From Eoetvoesiella sp. (GTDB taxonomy: Bacteria > Pseudomonadota > Gammaproteobacteria > Burkholderiales > Burkholderiaceae_B): 42,375 nt of DNA. Both the position numbers and the translations under genes were made by a program. The DNA is taken from assembly GCA_036567205.1 (NCBI GenBank), contig DATCVA010000035.1:1-42375 (forward strand), written 5' to 3'. Below, in pieces: positions 8,547 to 18,265 of the stretch; the stretch's first letter is position 1, and each line of letters opens with the position of its first letter. Below the pieces are notes generated by a model. It was not told the origin of the DNA and made no database searches. It saw nothing but the letters and a program-made list of their open reading frames with translations.

Positions 8547-9596
8547 TCAGCAGGTTTTTACTATTTCCCCGGAGTCGAAAACCAGCTGGTTTTCTGGCCA
8601 TTGCAGCGCAGCCAACTTAAATCGCGAGGCTTCGGAACGGCTAACTTTGCGATCACGCCAGCGCGCACCGACTGAAAAATCCACACAAAAGACATTGCGA
8701 TGTTTGCCATGCCATGCGGTGGGTTCAATGTTTTGAAATAATTGCGTATAGCGCGGCATGTTTTCTTTTTTCTGGGGGGTAAACATTCGCCAGTAATGGC
8801 CGATGATGACAGGAATTGCATCGTCGTAATCGTCCCACCAATTTGTGCGGTCTGAAAAACGCCATCGATTGCCTGCAAAGAACGGAGTAGTGGCTTGTTG
8901 CTCTACCCCGGAGGTCAATACTTTCAAGGGGTTCACCATCTGTTGCATGGCTTCGTATTCGGCAATGGCGTGAAGAAAAGGAGGTGGATTTTTTTCATCT
9001 TCGAGCTCGTCGGCCCAACGCTGTTTTTCAGCCAGATAGCGCTGATATAGTCCGGAAGCTTCAGCGGAAGACTGAGCAATGTAGTCCCATACTTTGTATT
9101 GTTCGACAATGGTGCCCACTGGTATGGCGCTTACAGCGGCAATGGCTGCCGGAGTCCAGGCCGCATGTACTACCCGGATATCGTCACGAACCAAAGCAAC
9201 GGGTTGCCGGCGTAAAAAGTCCCTGATGCTTTTGCGTTCAGTGGGTGGGGTACGTCGAAAGGGCGCGTAGTTTTTAAGGTCTTGTTCCAGACGTTCGTCA
9301 AAAAACCATCCTGATCCGTCTTTAATGTCGTCGATCAGTAAGTTAAGTTCATGATTGCCTAAAATCGTATAGGCGTTGCCTTGTTCAACTAGTGATTGGA
9401 CAAGGCGAACAACGCCATGGCTATCGGGTCCCCGGTCCACCAGGTCGCCCACAAAAACCAGTTTTCGATTTTGTGGATGTCGACCGTTGCTGTCGTATTC
9501 CAGATGCCTTAATAAGGAATGCAAAGCGGCTAATTCGCCATGGATATCGCCAATAATATCGAGCGGGTTGTCGGGAAGGGGTTTGACTAAATGCAT
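8547..9596 (-). CDS. PPP-family metallophosphoesterase (ApaH/PrpA-like Ser/Thr phosphatase or diadenosine tetraphosphatase family) with a large internal insertion
   Basis: Motifs GDIHG, GDLVDRGPDS and GNHE, plus a distal IIGHYW. The ATG at 9596 (MHLVKPL) is preferred over the TTG at 9626. Confidence 0.8.
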   Translation of the reverse strand: MHLVKPLPDNPLDIIGDIHGELAALHSLLRHLEYDSNGRHPQNRKLVFVGDLVDRGPDSHGVVRLVQSLVEQGNAYTILGNHELNLLIDDIKDGSGWFFDERLEQDLKNYAPFRRTPPTERKSIRDFLRRQPVALVRDDIRVVHAAWTPAAIAAVSAIPVGTIVEQYKVWDYIAQSSAEASGLYQRYLAEKQRWADELEDEKNPPPFLHAIAEYEAMQQMVNPLKVLTSGVEQQATTPFFAGNRWRFSDRTNWWDDYDDAIPVIIGHYWRMFTPQKKENMPRYTQLFQNIEPTAWHGKHRNVFCVDFSVGARWRDRKVSRSEASRFKLAALQWPENQLVFDSGEIVKTC

Positions 9597-9832
9597 GTGC
9601 TTTATAAAAACGTAAACAGTGGGCAATTAACTTTGGAGTGCAACCGACTCCGTGCCTGGTTTTCCTTTATACCAAAGTATTTGTTACATGCTCCGGGTTT
9701 TACATTAGCGGTTATTAATTTATTAGCGTTATATCTGTTCGGCGGCGAGGCGCATTGTCATAACCGCTTCGGTTGGCAGCCTTGTGGTTTGTGGATTTAA
9801 TTATTTAAACACTGCGTGCTGTTAGTCGTGTG

Positions 9833-10495
9833 CTACTGCCCGTTTAGCAGCAAACCATCGCGTTCGATGAAGGCTATGACCTCTTTAAGGCCGGTACCAT
9901 CTTTCAGGTTGCACATGACGAAGGGGCGTCCGTTACGCATGCGTTTGGTGTCTTCGGCCATAACTTCGAGTGACGCCCCTACGTATGGCGCCAGATCGGT
10001 TTTATTAATAATCAATAAATCCGACTTTGTAATGCCCGGACCGCCTTTACGAGGAATCTTTTCGCCGGCTGCAACATCAATAACATAAAGCGTCAGATCG
10101 GATAGTTCGGGGCTGAAGGTGGCAGCCAGGTTATCACCACCCGATTCGACAAAGACAATGTCAGCTTCGGGAAATTTACCCAGCATGCGATCGATGGCTT
10201 CCAGGTTGATGGAGGCGTCTTCACGTATGGCGGTATGGGGGCACCCGCCCGTCTCGACGCCCATAATACGTTCTGCGGGCAAGGCCCCTGAAATCGTCAG
10301 CAGGCGTTGGTCTTCTTTCGTGTAGATGTCGTTGGTAATGGCTATTAAATCGTAGGTGGCCGACATATTTTTGCAGAGCATTTCAAGCAAGGTTGTTTTG
10401 CCTGATCCGACGGGGCCGCCAACGCCTACTCGTAACGGAGGCAATGATTTTGTACGTAACGCTGTGGTGGACGAGGACTGGGACGGGGTATGCAT
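9833..10495 (-). CDS. ureG: Urease accessory GTPase UreG
   Basis: P-loop [11 protein letters not shown] and ESGGDNL. Last gene of the urease array. Confidence 0.95.
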   Translation of the reverse strand: MHTPSQSSSTTALRTKSLPPLRVGVGGPVGSGKTTLLEMLCKNMSATYDLIAITNDIYTKEDQRLLTISGALPAERIMGVETGGCPHTAIREDASINLEAIDRMLGKFPEADIVFVESGGDNLAATFSPELSDLTLYVIDVAAGEKIPRKGGPGITKSDLLIINKTDLAPYVGASLEVMAEDTKRMRNGRPFVMCNLKDGTGLKEVIAFIERDGLLLNGQ

Positions 10496-10506
10496 GGAAC
10501 AACCTT

Positions 10507-11208
10507 TTAAGAGCGAAAGAGTCGAGAGTACTGGGTCTCGTGACGTGATGAAAGGATCGCGAATTGAGGCGCCAGGGTATAAATTTTGGGCGGATTATGG
10601 GCCGCCCGTTTCAGTGCGTCGTTAATTACATCAGGAATAAGCTGGCGCGCCTGATTTAAAATGCGCTGGCCGGCCATTTGTCCTAAAGGCACTGTTTTAA
10701 TAGCAGCCATAACCTGGTTTTCAAGCCAGGAAAACAAATAAGCCGTTAGTCCGTTTAGCTTGTCGATACCCAGCGTGCTGATGGAAAAACTATGAGCGGT
10801 CGGATAGGTAATACTTTGGTTTTCAAGTAAATATGAACGGGCGTGCGCTTCGCCCCAGTTCAAGTCAGCGGCCAGTTTAGTAAGCGACCAGCCCATTTGT
10901 TCGGTTTCCTGGCGCATTTCCTGGGTTTCCCGCGAAGCGTGAAACCAGTTATTCCAGTGGGTAACGCCAGCCCAGTTCCGGGCGGACCAGTTATCAAACA
11001 ACAAGGCCCAGACAGGCGCTTCGCATTGCCCTACAACCAGGGTCAATTGCTGGGATATCCATTGGTGCGCGCTGGGTTCATCGGTGATGATCTTGCAGTC
11101 TACCGCTGCTTCGAATCCCTGTGAATAACTGTATCCGCCAATAGGTAAAGCCGGTGATGACAGGTGCAGAAGGGCAGCCAGTTGGCCTGCGTTCATAGCG
11201 TGTTGCAC
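10507..11208 (-). CDS. ureF: Urease accessory protein UreF
   Basis: 233 aa. [21 protein letters not shown] is typical of UreF, and the gene sits between ureE and ureG. Confidence 0.9.
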   Translation of the reverse strand: MQHAMNAGQLAALLHLSSPALPIGGYSYSQGFEAAVDCKIITDEPSAHQWISQQLTLVVGQCEAPVWALLFDNWSARNWAGVTHWNNWFHASRETQEMRQETEQMGWSLTKLAADLNWGEAHARSYLLENQSITYPTAHSFSISTLGIDKLNGLTAYLFSWLENQVMAAIKTVPLGQMAGQRILNQARQLIPDVINDALKRAAHNPPKIYTLAPQFAILSSRHETQYSRLFRS

Positions 11209-11217
11209 TGTGATGTT

Positions 11218-11850
11218 TCAATGTTTATGAGTGTGGTCATGGTCATGGGAATGGTTTTGATCGCCATGCTCGTGTTCATGGTGGTTATGGTTGTGTTCGC
11301 CGTGTGCATGACTATGCCCGGATTTGATCTGGGGAGCTCGTGCTGCATAAGCGGCTTGCGCCAGTGCATAGTCTTCATCGAATGTTTCGTCATGGCCATG
11401 TTTGTGTCCGCCGCCATACGCGCCAGCGTCCGGTTCAAACGGCTGGTTAACGCGTTCAACGTTAACGTTGCCCAGGCGTTGCAGCATATCGACTAATACC
11501 GGGTCGTATTCCAGATGCAAGTAGCTGGGGCCAACCTCTACAAGTACGTGCCGGTTGCCCAGGTGGTAGGCGGCGCGGGTTAATTGCTGGGGTGAGTTTG
11601 CCGTTACCTTGAGCACGGACTCAAGGGCGGCTTCCACCAGGACAAACTGCCCGTCTTCGGCCACCAGTAAATCGCCATGACGCAAGACAGTTCCCTGATT
11701 CAAGACCAGTCCGATTTCCTGGCCATCATCGAGCGTAACTTTTTGACGACTGCGGCGGCGTGATTCGAAAGGCAACACAGCTTTTGGAGCATTGCGAGTA
11801 AGGGCTTTGGCAACGCTGACGCCGTGTAAATGTTTTTTAATAATACGCAT
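11218..11850 (-). CDS. ureE: Urease accessory nickel chaperone UreE with a His-rich tail
   Basis: 210 aa. UreE-like N-domain with a C-terminal HSHAHGEHNHNHHEHEHGDQNHSHDHDHTHKH tail. Confidence 0.9.
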   Translation of the reverse strand: MRIIKKHLHGVSVAKALTRNAPKAVLPFESRRRSRQKVTLDDGQEIGLVLNQGTVLRHGDLLVAEDGQFVLVEAALESVLKVTANSPQQLTRAAYHLGNRHVLVEVGPSYLHLEYDPVLVDMLQRLGNVNVERVNQPFEPDAGAYGGGHKHGHDETFDEDYALAQAAYAARAPQIKSGHSHAHGEHNHNHHEHEHGDQNHSHDHDHTHKH

Positions 11851-11852
11851 AA

Positions 11853-13568
11853 TCAGAATAAAAAGTAGCGTTGCGCCATAGGCAGGATTTTGGCGGGTTC
11901 ACATGTCAACAACTTACCGTCAGCCATAACCTGATAGGTTTGCGGGTCGACAGTAATGTGCGGTAGCCAATTATTAAGCACCATGTCTTTTTTGCCTATG
12001 GTGCGGCAACCGTGAATGGTTTCAAGGGTTTTGATCAGACCCAGTTCGTGTACTTTCGGGTTGTCCATGGCGGCCTGGGACAAAAACGTAAGCGACGTTT
12101 TCAGGGCCCTGCCGAAACCGGCATACATGGGACGCGAATGAACCGGTTGGGGCGTGGCAATTGACGCGCCTGGGTCGCCGACCGTAGCCGAGGCAATCAT
12201 TCCGCCTTTAAGGACCATGCTGGCTTTTATGCCAAAAAAAGCGGGCTTCCAGATGACGATATCAGCCAGCTTACCGACTTCTATCGACCCTACTTTATGA
12301 GCAATGCCGTGCGTGATGGCCGGGTTAATGGTGTATTTGGCAATATAGCGCTTAATGCGATGATTATCGGCCCGTGCGCTGTCGCCTTCAAGGGCGCCTT
12401 GTTGCGCTTTCATTTTATCGGCGGTTTGCCAGGTACGCAGCACGACTTCACCTACACGTCCCATGGCCTGGGAGTCGGAACTCATAATTGAAAATGCGCC
12501 CAGATCGTGCAGAATATCTTCAGCCGCAATGGTTTCACGGCGGATGCGGCTTTCAGCAAAAGCAAGATCTTCGGCGATGGACGAGTCCAGATGGTGGCAA
12601 ACCATCAGCATATCCAGGTGCTCGTCGATAGTGTTAGTAGTAAAAGGCATGGTCGGATTGGTGGAAGCGGGCAGAACATTGGGCATACCGGCCGCCCGGA
12701 TAATGTCTGGGGCGTGGCCGCCTCCTGCTCCTTCCGTATGAAACGAATGGATAGTGCGGCCTTTAAATGCCTTGAAGGTGTCTTCGACGAAACCCGATTC
12801 ATTTAGAGTGTCGCTGTGAATAGCGACCTGGATGTCCATCTCGTCGGCAACGCTCAAGCACGAGTCGATGGCGGCAGGTGTAGCGCCCCAGTCTTCATGC
12901 AACTTTAGACCAATGGCTCCTGCAGCTACTTGCTCGATAAGCGGGCCGTGAACGCTGACGTTACCTTTACCCAGTAAACCGATATTTATGGGAAAGGCGT
13001 CTAATGCCGCAAGCATGGAATGGATGTGCCACGGACCTGAGGTGCAGGTTGTTGCGAGCGAACCGGTAGCCGGACCGGTGCCGCCGCCGATCATGGTGGT
13101 TGTGCCGGTAGCCAGGGCTTCTTCGATTTGATCCGGGCAAATAAAGTGCACGTGCGTATCGATTGCGCCAGCAGTGATGATCAGGCCTTCACCTGCAATG
13201 ACTTCGGTAGCCGGGCCCACCACAATAGTGACGCCGGGCTGGATATCTGGATTTCCAGCTTTGCCGATGCCTGAAATCAAGCCGCTTTTAATACCGATGT
13301 CGGCTTTAATGATGCCGGTGACGGCATCAATAATAACGGCATTGGTAATAACGGTATCTACGCAGTCGGCGCTTAAACGCTGACTTTGGCCCATGCCATC
13401 GCGGATCACTTTACCACCGCCAAATTTCACTTCCTCACCGTAGATGGTGTGATCTTTTTCTATTTCCGCCAACAACTGAGTATCGGCAAGCCGGATGCGG
13501 TCGCCAATACCATTAATGCAGGTAGGCCCGAACATTTCTACATAGGCACGCCGTGAAATTGCAACCAT
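11853..13568 (-). CDS. ureC: Urease alpha subunit UreC
   Basis: 571 aa with the hallmark motifs MVCHHLD and [12 protein letters not shown]. The ATG overlaps the ureB stop by 1 nt. Confidence 0.97.
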   Translation of the reverse strand: MVAISRRAYVEMFGPTCINGIGDRIRLADTQLLAEIEKDHTIYGEEVKFGGGKVIRDGMGQSQRLSADCVDTVITNAVIIDAVTGIIKADIGIKSGLISGIGKAGNPDIQPGVTIVVGPATEVIAGEGLIITAGAIDTHVHFICPDQIEEALATGTTTMIGGGTGPATGSLATTCTSGPWHIHSMLAALDAFPINIGLLGKGNVSVHGPLIEQVAAGAIGLKLHEDWGATPAAIDSCLSVADEMDIQVAIHSDTLNESGFVEDTFKAFKGRTIHSFHTEGAGGGHAPDIIRAAGMPNVLPASTNPTMPFTTNTIDEHLDMLMVCHHLDSSIAEDLAFAESRIRRETIAAEDILHDLGAFSIMSSDSQAMGRVGEVVLRTWQTADKMKAQQGALEGDSARADNHRIKRYIAKYTINPAITHGIAHKVGSIEVGKLADIVIWKPAFFGIKASMVLKGGMIASATVGDPGASIATPQPVHSRPMYAGFGRALKTSLTFLSQAAMDNPKVHELGLIKTLETIHGCRTIGKKDMVLNNWLPHITVDPQTYQVMADGKLLTCEPAKILPMAQRYFLF

Positions 13569-13873
13569 TAGAGAGCTCCCATAATGTCGCCGTTAAAGCC
13601 GAAAACCTTGCGCTCGCCACTTAATTCAACGAGTTCAACCGTACGTTTCTGGCCGGGCTCGAAACGCACGGCAGTGCCTGCCGCAATATTCAGGCGAAAG
13701 CCTCGCGCGGCTTTTCGATCGAAATCCAGCGCCTTGTTTGTTTCGGCAAAATGGTAATGAGAGCCGACTTGTATGGGCCTGTCGCCCGTATTGATAACAC
13801 TGACTACGCATGTGGTCCGGTCGACGTTGAGTTCGATTTCGCCGGGCTCAGTCAGAATTTCGCCTGGTATCAT
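13568..13873 (-). CDS. ureB: Urease beta subunit UreB
   Basis: 101 aa: [16 protein letters not shown]...[10 protein letters not shown]. Confidence 0.95.
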   Translation of the reverse strand: MIPGEILTEPGEIELNVDRTTCVVSVINTGDRPIQVGSHYHFAETNKALDFDRKAARGFRLNIAAGTAVRFEPGQKRTVELVELSGERKVFGFNGDIMGAL

Positions 13874-13907
13874 TTTTGTGTCCTGAAAACGAATAGGTTA
13901 CGAGAGT

Positions 13908-14513
13908 TCATGCGGTTAAAAGGGCAACACCGTACGCGGCAATACCTGCGCCGGCAAGACGTGTAAGCCATACATTGCGCTGCTTTAATGTGAAGCCAGC
14001 CGTCAGTCCGATCAAATGCAAGGCAAATGTACTTAGCATGAAGCCGGCGATGAACGCTGCCGCGCTGCCGCCTAGGGGCAACTCAGAGCCGTGGGCCATG
14101 CCATGGAACAAAGCGAAGAAGCCGACCAACGCGGCGCCGGCCCAATTAGGTAATGAAACCCGGCTGGCAACCAAAAGACCCAATACAAGCAACGAAGCCA
14201 TGATAATGGGTTCAATCGCTGGCAAAGCAATACCGGCCATGCCCATGAGTGCACCGATCAATAGCAGGCACAAGAAGCTGATTGGGGTCCAGACCGCAGC
14301 GCGAACATTGTCATGGGTGAGGGCGCTCCAGAGACCGACGGCTAGCATGGCTAAAAGATGATCGACCCCGGTCAAAGGGTGTGCCAGGCCAGACAAAAAC
14401 AGATTGTCGGCAACTTCATGGCCCGGATGTGCAAGTGCGGCGGTGGAAACAAGACTCAGCCCAAGTGCATACGCCATAAATACACCGACGGATTTAAAAG
14501 AGGAAATTGACAT
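13908..14513 (-). CDS. ureJ: HupE/UreJ-family nickel transporter
   Basis: 201-aa membrane protein with a signal peptide followed by AHPGH and multiple TM helices. It sits between ureA and ureB, as in Bordetella urease loci. Confidence 0.85.
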   Translation of the reverse strand: MSISSFKSVGVFMAYALGLSLVSTAALAHPGHEVADNLFLSGLAHPLTGVDHLLAMLAVGLWSALTHDNVRAAVWTPISFLCLLLIGALMGMAGIALPAIEPIIMASLLVLGLLVASRVSLPNWAGAALVGFFALFHGMAHGSELPLGGSAAAFIAGFMLSTFALHLIGLTAGFTLKQRNVWLTRLAGAGIAAYGVALLTA

Positions 14514-14698
14514 AGTTAGAGTCCAGAAATAAGCAGGTTATGCGAAAAAAACTTAAATGAGCGTTCGGCTTATAAAGCAACAGGCCTGATTCCATTTTTA
14601 TATCAAACATGCATTTTTTCGGCTTCGCTGCCTTACAAAAGTAAGGTCTGCGCTTCGCCTTCGCGTTCATGCCTGATCTGGAAACGGAATGACATGTT

Positions 14699-15001
14699 TC
14701 AAGTAATTGGGTGGTGCACGGTAACCAGCTTGGTACCGTCTGGAAAGGTAGCTTCGACTTGAATATCAGAGATCATTTCGGGAATCCCGTCCATGACATC
14801 GTCACGCGTAAGAATTGTGGTGCCGTAATGCATAAGTTCGGCCACCGTACGACCGTCGCGAGCACCCTCAAGCAGGGCCGCAGTGATTAGCGCAACGGAT
14901 TCCGGATAGTTCAATTTGACACCACGGGCCTTGCGCCGTTCGGCCAACAAACCAGCCGTAAATATCAACAACTTGTCCTTTTCGCGGGGAGTTAATTCCA
15001 T
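14699..15001 (-). CDS. ureA: Urease gamma subunit UreA
   Basis: 100 aa: [34 protein letters not shown]. Confidence 0.96.
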   Translation of the reverse strand: MELTPREKDKLLIFTAGLLAERRKARGVKLNYPESVALITAALLEGARDGRTVAELMHYGTTILTRDDVMDGIPEMISDIQVEATFPDGTKLVTVHHPIT

Positions 15002-15125
15002 TGATTTATTCCTTTCTATGAATCACGTTTATTCAAATTTTTATACAGTAAAAATACTGTCAATTAAGCTGAATAACAATCGCTGAGCGGCTTAAAATAT
15101 GAGCCGGTATTTTTGACGACTTTAG

Positions 15126-15156
15126 GTATTTGGAATACTTCAGGTATTCCAAATAC
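15126..15156 (-). other. Perfect 13-bp inverted repeat straddling the ureD stop codon
   Basis: GTATTTGGAATAC (15126-15138), loop TTCAG, GTATTCCAAATAC (15144-15156). The ureD stop (15140-15142) lies in the loop. Confidence 0.7.
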
Positions 15157-15994
15157 GCAAATAAGTGCCTTCTTTTTTTTGCACTAAGGGGCGCAACAGA
15201 GTCCAGAGCTCAATTAGCAGCCGCTTTACATCCTCAACATGCTGACCCAATACCCGGATAAGGCTGAGGCCTTGCTCATTTGCCTGAGGCATATAGGTAA
15301 GGCCTGCACGCACAGTGTTATCCCAAGGCAGCGTTTCGGCAAGTACATCGGTTTGTTCCGAGGTAAGACCTGGTCCAAATGCCCATAAAGTGGCAAGGAC
15401 GGGAAAACCGTCCAGTCCGTTGACGCTGGTGCGCAGCGGGCTTGTTGCACACAGTTCGCCGACATCGAGCCACAAGGGGCGTTGATTAAGAGTCAGCTGC
15501 GTGTTCAGCAGTACCAGACCTTCGTCCCAATGATTTTTCTTGGTGATGCTGCCTAACTGGGTAATTTCCCAACCTATATTGCTTGCGCCGGTGTGCATAT
15601 TTATCTGCGTTGTAATCGCAGCGTTGGCTTGCTCAAAAAAAATATTCTCGTGAGGCAGCCAGTCTAGTCGCGCGTTAGCGGCTAGATTAACAATGACGGT
15701 CTGGGCCGAACGACGGCCATTGGCTTTGTACCAGCGCGTTGCGCCAGGTGTAGTCAGCAATGCATGGGCATCTTGCTTAACATCAATATTTATCTGTAGG
15801 ACATCGCCGCCTGCGATACCGGACGGGGGGTGCAAAATAGTGACATGACAAACTTCGGCACCTTCGGGATAAAGTGCTTTTTGTACAAGCAAAGGCCCTT
15901 CATGTTTGCGCCTGGCCAGTACGGTTTTGTTTGTTCCCTGGCGCTCGAATGAAAGTTCTAGTTTGGCATGCCAATCATTAGCGAGTGCGAACAT
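15140..15994 (-). CDS. ureD: Urease accessory protein UreD
   Basis: 284 aa, first gene of the array, with UreD-like size and sequence character. Confidence 0.85.
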   Translation of the reverse strand: MFALANDWHAKLELSFERQGTNKTVLARRKHEGPLLVQKALYPEGAEVCHVTILHPPSGIAGGDVLQINIDVKQDAHALLTTPGATRWYKANGRRSAQTVIVNLAANARLDWLPHENIFFEQANAAITTQINMHTGASNIGWEITQLGSITKKNHWDEGLVLLNTQLTLNQRPLWLDVGELCATSPLRTSVNGLDGFPVLATLWAFGPGLTSEQTDVLAETLPWDNTVRAGLTYMPQANEQGLSLIRVLGQHVEDVKRLLIELWTLLRPLVQKKEGTYLRIWNT

Positions 15995-16345
15995 GTATTC
16001 AGGGCCCGTATTATTTTATAACAGATTGATTTAATAATGAAAAATTAAGATTTTAACGTATATCTGTTGTCTTGGTGGCGTGTCTTTAATTCGGATGTAC
16101 GGTTGTAAGACAAAGTGATGTGCGGACGATTGCGCAAGAGTACGACGGGCTGCCTGTATTCCTGCGATATCGGCCGATGGTGGACAAGTCCGTCTGGCGC
16201 CATCCCATCTTTTGCGTAGCCCCTTATAATCAGGCATGAACCTAATTTTTTTCCGCTCAGTTGCGTTGCTGGCAGCCGCATCTACGCCCCATGTTTCCGG
16301 GGCGCATATTAATTACGCGCATCATGGCCTGCGATTGGCGTTCGC

Positions 16346-17188
16346 ATGAAAGTGCCTAAACGGTTAATACCGCTGCTTGAAGAAGGACTCATCGACGAAG
16401 TATTGGGCCAATTAATGAGCGGCAAGGAAGCAACGGTATACGTGGTGCGCAGCGGCGATTCAACGCGTTGCGCTAAGGTTTATAAAGACGCGAAGCAGCG
16501 CAGTTTCAAACAGGCGGTGGCTTATCGGGACGGCCGCAAGGTGCAAAATAGCCGTCAGGCGCGTGCAATGGAAAAAGGCACCCGGTACGGGCGTCAGATG
16601 CAAGAGGAAATGTGGCAGAACGCTGAAGTCGACGCGCTATACCGGCTTGCCAATGCGGGCGTGCGTGTCCCGCAACCGTATATCTGCACCGATGGTGTAC
16701 TGCTTATGGAGCTGGTCATTGACGAGTCGGGTAATGTGGCGCCGCGACTTAACGATGTTCACCTAAGCGAAGCACGCGCGCTTGAACTGCACGCGCAACT
16801 GCTAAACGAGGTGGTGCGCATGCTGTGCGCAGGCGTGATTCACGGCGATCTTTCCGAATATAATATTTTGCTGGCAAGCGATGGGCCCGTCATTATCGAC
16901 TTGCCACAGGCCGTTGACGCAGCCGGCAATAGCGAAGCCGCGGCCATGCTCGAGCGCGATGTGAATAACCTTGCGACCTATTTCGGACAGTTTGCCCCCC
17001 AACTGCTTAAGACCCAGTACGGCAAGGAAATCTGGAAGCTTTTCGAGGCGGGCCAGCTGGACCCAGAGGTCGCCCTGACCGGCCGCATCGAGGTTGACAG
17101 GCGCCCTGTGGATCTTGATGGCCTGATGCAGGATATTGAAGATTCTCGTCTTGAGGAAGAAGAGCGGGTACGCCGTATGGCTAGCTAG
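16346..17188 (+). CDS. RIO1-family atypical serine protein kinase/ATPase
   Basis: 280 aa with RIO motifs SGKEATVYVV (nucleotide loop), IHGDLSEYNILL (catalytic loop) and IIDLPQAVD (metal-binding loop). Confidence 0.85.
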   Translation: MKVPKRLIPLLEEGLIDEVLGQLMSGKEATVYVVRSGDSTRCAKVYKDAKQRSFKQAVAYRDGRKVQNSRQARAMEKGTRYGRQMQEEMWQNAEVDALYRLANAGVRVPQPYICTDGVLLMELVIDESGNVAPRLNDVHLSEARALELHAQLLNEVVRMLCAGVIHGDLSEYNILLASDGPVIIDLPQAVDAAGNSEAAAMLERDVNNLATYFGQFAPQLLKTQYGKEIWKLFEAGQLDPEVALTGRIEVDRRPVDLDGLMQDIEDSRLEEEERVRRMAS

Positions 17189-17213
17189 GCGGCTTGTCCT
17201 GGCTTGCGCCGAC

Positions 17214-18170
17214 CTAGTCCGTGTTGGCCATAAATCCAAGGAAAATCGATTCAGAAACGTTGCGTAGCCACATAAGCCCGGGCTCGTGATGGTACCGGGT
17301 GTGCCAGTACTGCGTGACATCGAAGGAGGGAAATGGGACGGGCGGTTCGATCAGCGCCAGCTTCCACGATTTGACGAATGTATTGGCAAGGTTACGCGGT
17401 ACTGTCGCAACCAGGTCGGTGCTGGCAATCAGCGGTGCGATCGACAGGAAATGAGTTACTCGTAATACCACGTTTTCGCTTATTCCATGAGCCAATAGTA
17501 CTTTGTCGATGGAGTTGGCGTGCCCTGTGCCAGCTACGTTTGGCACGACATGCCGTAGTTGTTTGAGTCCTGCCAGATCAAGTTTTTTTTGCGCCGCCGG
17601 ATGGGTGCCGCGTACGACACATACATATGTATCGCTGAACAAAATTTTCTGAAAAATCTCTTTGCCAGGGTTTGAAATGAATCCGTACGCAAGATCAATG
17701 TCGCCCGTTGATAGTTCATTGACCAGGGCGTTTGTGCTTTTGCTGGTTACCGTGGTTTCAAACTTGATATTGGGAGCGTGCTCGGCAAAATATTGGGTAA
17801 GTAATGGCAGAAATATCTGCTCGCCGATATCGGTCATTGCTACGCGGAAGGTACGCTGTGATGTTGATGGATTGAATGGAGAGTTATCGAGCGTAGAGCG
17901 AATAATCTGCAGCGCATCCGATACGGGCCCAGCCAGTTGTTCCGCGAACGGTGTCGGGCGCAGGCCTTGCGCCAACCGGACAAAGAGGGGGTCGCCATAC
18001 ATTTCACGCAGACGCGCCAGTGCATGGCTCATTGCGGGTTGGCTCAGTCCTAGTATTTCTCCTGCCGCCGTGAGGTTGCGTGTTCGATAGACGGTATCGA
18101 ATAGATCGAGAAGATTCAGATTGAGCTGTCGCGATATCGGTTTGCGATGTGTTCCAGACACTAGAGTCAT
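17214..18170 (-). CDS. LysR-family transcriptional regulator, divergent from the dioxygenase operon
   Basis: 318 aa. N-terminal HTH LTAAGEILGLSQPAMSHALARLRE, with a 95-bp divergent spacer to 18266. Confidence 0.88.
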   Translation of the reverse strand: MTLVSGTHRKPISRQLNLNLLDLFDTVYRTRNLTAAGEILGLSQPAMSHALARLREMYGDPLFVRLAQGLRPTPFAEQLAGPVSDALQIIRSTLDNSPFNPSTSQRTFRVAMTDIGEQIFLPLLTQYFAEHAPNIKFETTVTSKSTNALVNELSTGDIDLAYGFISNPGKEIFQKILFSDTYVCVVRGTHPAAQKKLDLAGLKQLRHVVPNVAGTGHANSIDKVLLAHGISENVVLRVTHFLSIAPLIASTDLVATVPRNLANTFVKSWKLALIEPPVPFPSFDVTQYWHTRYHHEPGLMWLRNVSESIFLGFMANTD

Positions 18171-18265
18171 CCAAAATATGAATAACTTAAATTAAATCAT
18201 TTCATTTCTAGAATGTCTATTGCCTTTCTATACTGATTCCAGCCGTTAAAAGGAAGAGGAACAAA

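Noticed and set aside
9597-9832. 69-aa ORF 9591..9800 (+) and small hairpins (GGAGT..ACTCC at about 9636-9652, AACCG-CTT-CGGTT at about 9762-9774) between ureG and the phosphoesterase gene.
   Set aside because: The ORF has no support. The hairpins are short and lack U-tracts, so I could not confidently assign a ureG terminator.
11164-11496. ORFs 11164..11496 (+) and 11193..11459 (-) with odd Met/Val/His-rich or Thr/Met-rich sequences.
   Set aside because: They overlap the codon-repetitive His-rich tail of ureE in other frames or on the other strand. The low-complexity translation simply mirrors the CAC/CAT/GAC repeats.
15045-15060. Palindrome ACAGTA-AAAA-TACTGT as a LexA/SOS box.
   Set aside because: The half-sites are in the wrong order for the proteobacterial CTGT-N8-ACAG box, and the spacer length does not fit. 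It is kept only as an unassigned operator candidate.
16031-16281. Two overlapping minus-strand ORFs (68 and 78 aa) between ureD and the RIO kinase gene.
   Set aside because: They have no recognisable motif, no ribosome-binding context, and overlap each other in different frames inside a probable promoter region.
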